Of a stretch of 64,000 nucleotides of DNA, positions 60,832-64,000 are shown piece by piece. The DNA is taken from sequence record DRR723986_2444; one strand, written 5' to 3'. Position 1 is the first letter of the stretch. Each line of letters opens with the position of its first letter. A program made the position numbers and the translations under genes. The notes below the pieces were generated by a model. The model saw nothing but the letters and a program-made list of their open reading frames with translations. It did no database searches and was not told the origin of the DNA.

Positions 60832-61167
60832 TCAGTGCTTGTTGCGGTTTCTCAGGGCTGACATGTGCTTTTCAGTCAGGCTCAGGTAGCGAGGCGTAGG
60901 GCCAACGTCCTCATAGATGGGGTCGCCGAGTTCATCGGTGGTAACAACTTTTTTGCCGCGGACATAGGGCATGGCGCTTTCGAGTTCGTTCAATGACGCG
61001 CTAAGCAGGTCGGTGATTAGCTCTTCAACGTGGCGCCTGGGATAGAGCTCTGCCAGCGCTTTCAGCTTGGCGGCGTCCTCCAGTGGCAGCCGTATTTTGT
61101 AGCAATCCTCGGTTAAGCCGCTGCTGGCGGTTTGTTCCCAGAGTGATAACAAATCCCGTACTTTCAT
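60832..61167 (-). CDS. Conserved hypothetical protein with a possible ribbon-helix-helix segment
   Basis: YKIRLPLEDAAKLKALAELYP...LITDLL; DELGDPIYEDVGPTPR; AGGA RBS. Confidence 0.7.
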   Translation of the reverse strand: MKVRDLLSLWEQTASSGLTEDCYKIRLPLEDAAKLKALAELYPRRHVEELITDLLSASLNELESAMPYVRGKKVVTTDELGDPIYEDVGPTPRYLSLTEKHMSALRNRNKH

Positions 61168-61232
61168 TTGCCAGTTCCTGTCATCGCAGAGTATTCACAC
61201 TCTGATACTAGTACGTAGCTTGGGGACTTGCC

Positions 61233-61419
61233 TAGGGCCTGTTCACACTAATTGCGTCACGCCTGTTGCGGCTATAAATTCGCAATACAGGACTGAGAAG
61301 AGGTGTTTGCTTATTTCAAATGCGCGACGAATGGCAACGAGTGGTGGATTTTTAGCCTCAGCCCCAAAGGCTGATGCCATTTTGCCTGCAACAGGTGCAA
61401 TTCAATGAGTGAGGCGCTA
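61233..61419. mobile_element. Degenerate MITE-like inverted-repeat element
   Basis: Imperfect terminal IRs (TAGGGCCT/AGGCGCTA, AATTGC/GCAATT, CCTGTTGC/GCAACAGG), CTAG at both ends, an internal stem, and no credible ORF. Confidence 0.55.
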
Positions 61420-61658
61420 GCTTGCCGCTCAGAGATCGACGGTTACCTAAGGGCGGGGCTGTCGTGTAGTCACAGGGCGGTCTTCGACCTTAGTAGGCTT
61501 GTGTGTCGGCCTTTAGCTGTGTATCGTTGTCGGCTTTGAAAAGCGACCAGTTCGACGCCTCAGCCGTCGAGACCGACTAATCAGTTTGCAGACGTTGGTA
61601 GAAAAGCCATTCAGAGCTTTTGCTGCAAGGTATGTTCCAGCCATTCCAATCGCATTAG

Positions 61659-62360
<702 letters not shown>

Positions 62361-62391
62361 GCGCTGTTGTGGCAGTCTGGTTTTGCGATTT

Positions 62392-62422
62392 GCGGCGCCT
62401 TTAGGCGCCGTTTTTCTTTTTT
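62392..62422 (+). terminator. Rho-independent terminator after adk
   Basis: GCGGCGCCT-tt-AGGCGCCGT followed by TTTTCTTTTTT. Confidence 0.8.
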
Positions 62423-62485
62423 GCTATAAACCGAATGTTTGTTCAATCGCGTAAGATGCATCTCGCACGCCTTGGAAAGTGAAAA

Positions 62486-63475
62486 ATGAAAACAGCGGTA
62501 GTCTTTATCAATTTGGGTACGCCAGATACTCCCAATACCTCTGGGGTGCGGCGGTTCTTACGGGAGTTTCTGTCAGACCGACGCGTGGTCGAGGTTCCCA
62601 GGCTTATTTGGTTGGCGATACTCTATCTTATTATTCTCCCTTTTCGTTCACCTCGTGTGGCAAAGGCCTACCGACAAATATGGTTTGGAGACACCTCTCC
62701 GCTCAGGCATTTTTCAGAAAGTTTAGTTGAGGGGGTTGCCAGTAAACTCTCTCAGGAGTATCCGGATGCGGATATCACGGTGCGGCTTGCCATGACGTAC
62801 GGGCAGCCCAGTGTGGAGTCTCAAATACATGAGCTCTGCGACGCCGGTGTCGAAAACATCTTTTTTGTGCCGTTGTACCCACAGTATTCAGCGACTACCA
62901 CGGCGGCCGCGATGGATGCCGTATATCGCTGCTTTGCTCGCATGCGGGACATACCTCAGTGGTCATGGCTGCGCAATTACCACAACCATGAGGCCTATGT
63001 GGCGGCCCTTGGGGAAAGTGTTAAAGCACACTGGCAGAAGAACGGCCGGGCAGAGCGATTACTCATGTCGTTTCACGGAATTCCGAAGCGAAATGTGGAT
63101 TTGGGCGACCCCTACGAACAGCATTGCAATGAAACCGCAGAGGCCGTGGCCAAGTACCTTGAACTGGATGACACCCAGTGGCTGAGAACATTTCAGTCTC
63201 GGCTGGGTAAGGCTGAGTGGTTAACCCCCTATACAGACAAAACTGTAGAAGCGTTGCCGGCAGAAGGGGTGAAAAGCCTGGATGTAATGTGTCCAGCGTT
63301 TGCTGTTGAATGTCTTGAAACACTGGAAGAGATAGATGGCGAAGCAAAAGAGATTTTCATGGAGCACGGTGGCGAAGGCTTTAATTACATCCCGTGTTTG
63401 AATGATAGCGATGCCCATCAAGATTTGATGCTGGAATTGTGTCGTCCATTTGTTTCTCAGTCTCTGAAAAAGTAA
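62486..63475 (+). CDS. hemH: Ferrochelatase
   Basis: NLGTPD, FLSDRRVVE, PLYPQYS, MSFHGIP, FQSRLG, CLETLEEI. Confidence 0.97.
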   Translation: MKTAVVFINLGTPDTPNTSGVRRFLREFLSDRRVVEVPRLIWLAILYLIILPFRSPRVAKAYRQIWFGDTSPLRHFSESLVEGVASKLSQEYPDADITVRLAMTYGQPSVESQIHELCDAGVENIFFVPLYPQYSATTTAAAMDAVYRCFARMRDIPQWSWLRNYHNHEAYVAALGESVKAHWQKNGRAERLLMSFHGIPKRNVDLGDPYEQHCNETAEAVAKYLELDDTQWLRTFQSRLGKAEWLTPYTDKTVEALPAEGVKSLDVMCPAFAVECLETLEEIDGEAKEIFMEHGGEGFNYIPCLNDSDAHQDLMLELCRPFVSQSLKK

Positions 63476-63585
63476 GTCGTTAAGTTAGACAAAGCGTTTG
63501 ATTTTTTTGCGAAAATTTTGCGCTGCTTACTATGTATGCTATTTTTTAAACAAATAGCATAACGCTGTTCGCCAAGGAGAATAAA

Positions 63586-64000
63586 ATGCCAAGAGCAAAG
63601 CGCAAAGTTGCCACTGCAGCAAAGAAGAAAACATCGCCTAAAAAAGCCGCCTCCCCCGGAAATGCCGTCGTTAAAAAAGCCGAGGAAGGTTTGAAGAAAG
63701 TTGAGGCGATGTTAGCGAAAGAACGCAAGGCGGTAGCAGCAGCGAAAGCGAAGCTAGATTCTGCTAAGGCGAAGGCAAAGAAAACGGCCAAGGCGGTAGA
63801 TAAAAATGCTGCCAAGCGTGCGTCGGCTGCAGCAAGTAAGGCAAACCAAAAATTGCGAACAGTACGTGCGAAGGTTGCCAGTAGTAAGTCGGCATTAGCT
63901 GATGCAAAAGTCATTGCAAAAATCTCTGCCTCGGAGGCTGCGGTTCGCCAAAAAATTCAAGAGCGATCCGAAGCGCTGGCGAGTAAGGCAGACGCTGATT
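63586..64000 (+). CDS. Lys/Ala-rich basic protein (histone H1-like / AlgP-like), partial
   Basis: AAGGAG RBS, then MPRAKRKVATAAKKKTSPKKAASP...AAAKAKLDSAKAKAKKTAKA...; open to the window end, so absent from the ORF track. Confidence 0.75.
   Translation, partial: MPRAKRKVATAAKKKTSPKKAASPGNAVVKKAEEGLKKVEAMLAKERKAVAAAKAKLDSAKAKAKKTAKAVDKNAAKRASAAASKANQKLRTVRAKVASSKSALADAKVIAKISASEAAVRQKIQERSEALASKADAD

Noticed and set aside
63546-63914. 122-aa minus-strand ORF rich in Ala/Phe/Leu
   Set aside because: It is the antisense mirror of the Lys/Ala-rich plus-strand gene, which has the RBS.

Overview
A mostly core-genome window from a gammaproteobacterium. The gene content resembles marine Cellvibrionales such as Spongiibacter; this is inferred from gene order and lipid-catabolism genes. 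Conserved blocks are gcvP (partial), greB, alaS-lysC-csrA-tRNA-Ser, ung, ygfZ/sdhE, nadB, rpoE-rseABC-lepA-lepB-rnc-era-recO, gacS/barA, cysM-relA-mazG and adk-hemH. Accessory modules lie between them: an RND efflux pair; a divergent RimK-family ATP-grasp / GNAT-C39-peptidase / DUF1704 metallopeptidase locus; an acyl-CoA dehydrogenase pair; a small binding-protein / porin / GGDEF-EAL operon; and a MerR-like regulator facing a TonB receptor-START-diiron-lipase-BVMO-SDR cluster. The most notable observations are: (1) gacS is frameshifted in its HAMP domain, and re-duplicating one 8-bp unit repairs it exactly; (2) a candidate peptide-tag writer/eraser locus; (3) a 15-bp-phased ATGTNACAT motif shared by two promoters; (4) a lipoprotein with a symmetric repeat stalk; (5) LepB with an apparently duplicated membrane hairpin; (6) a degenerate MITE-like repeat. 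No CRISPR array, rRNA, integrase or transposase was seen. All calls come from reading the sequence by eye; no database searches were run.
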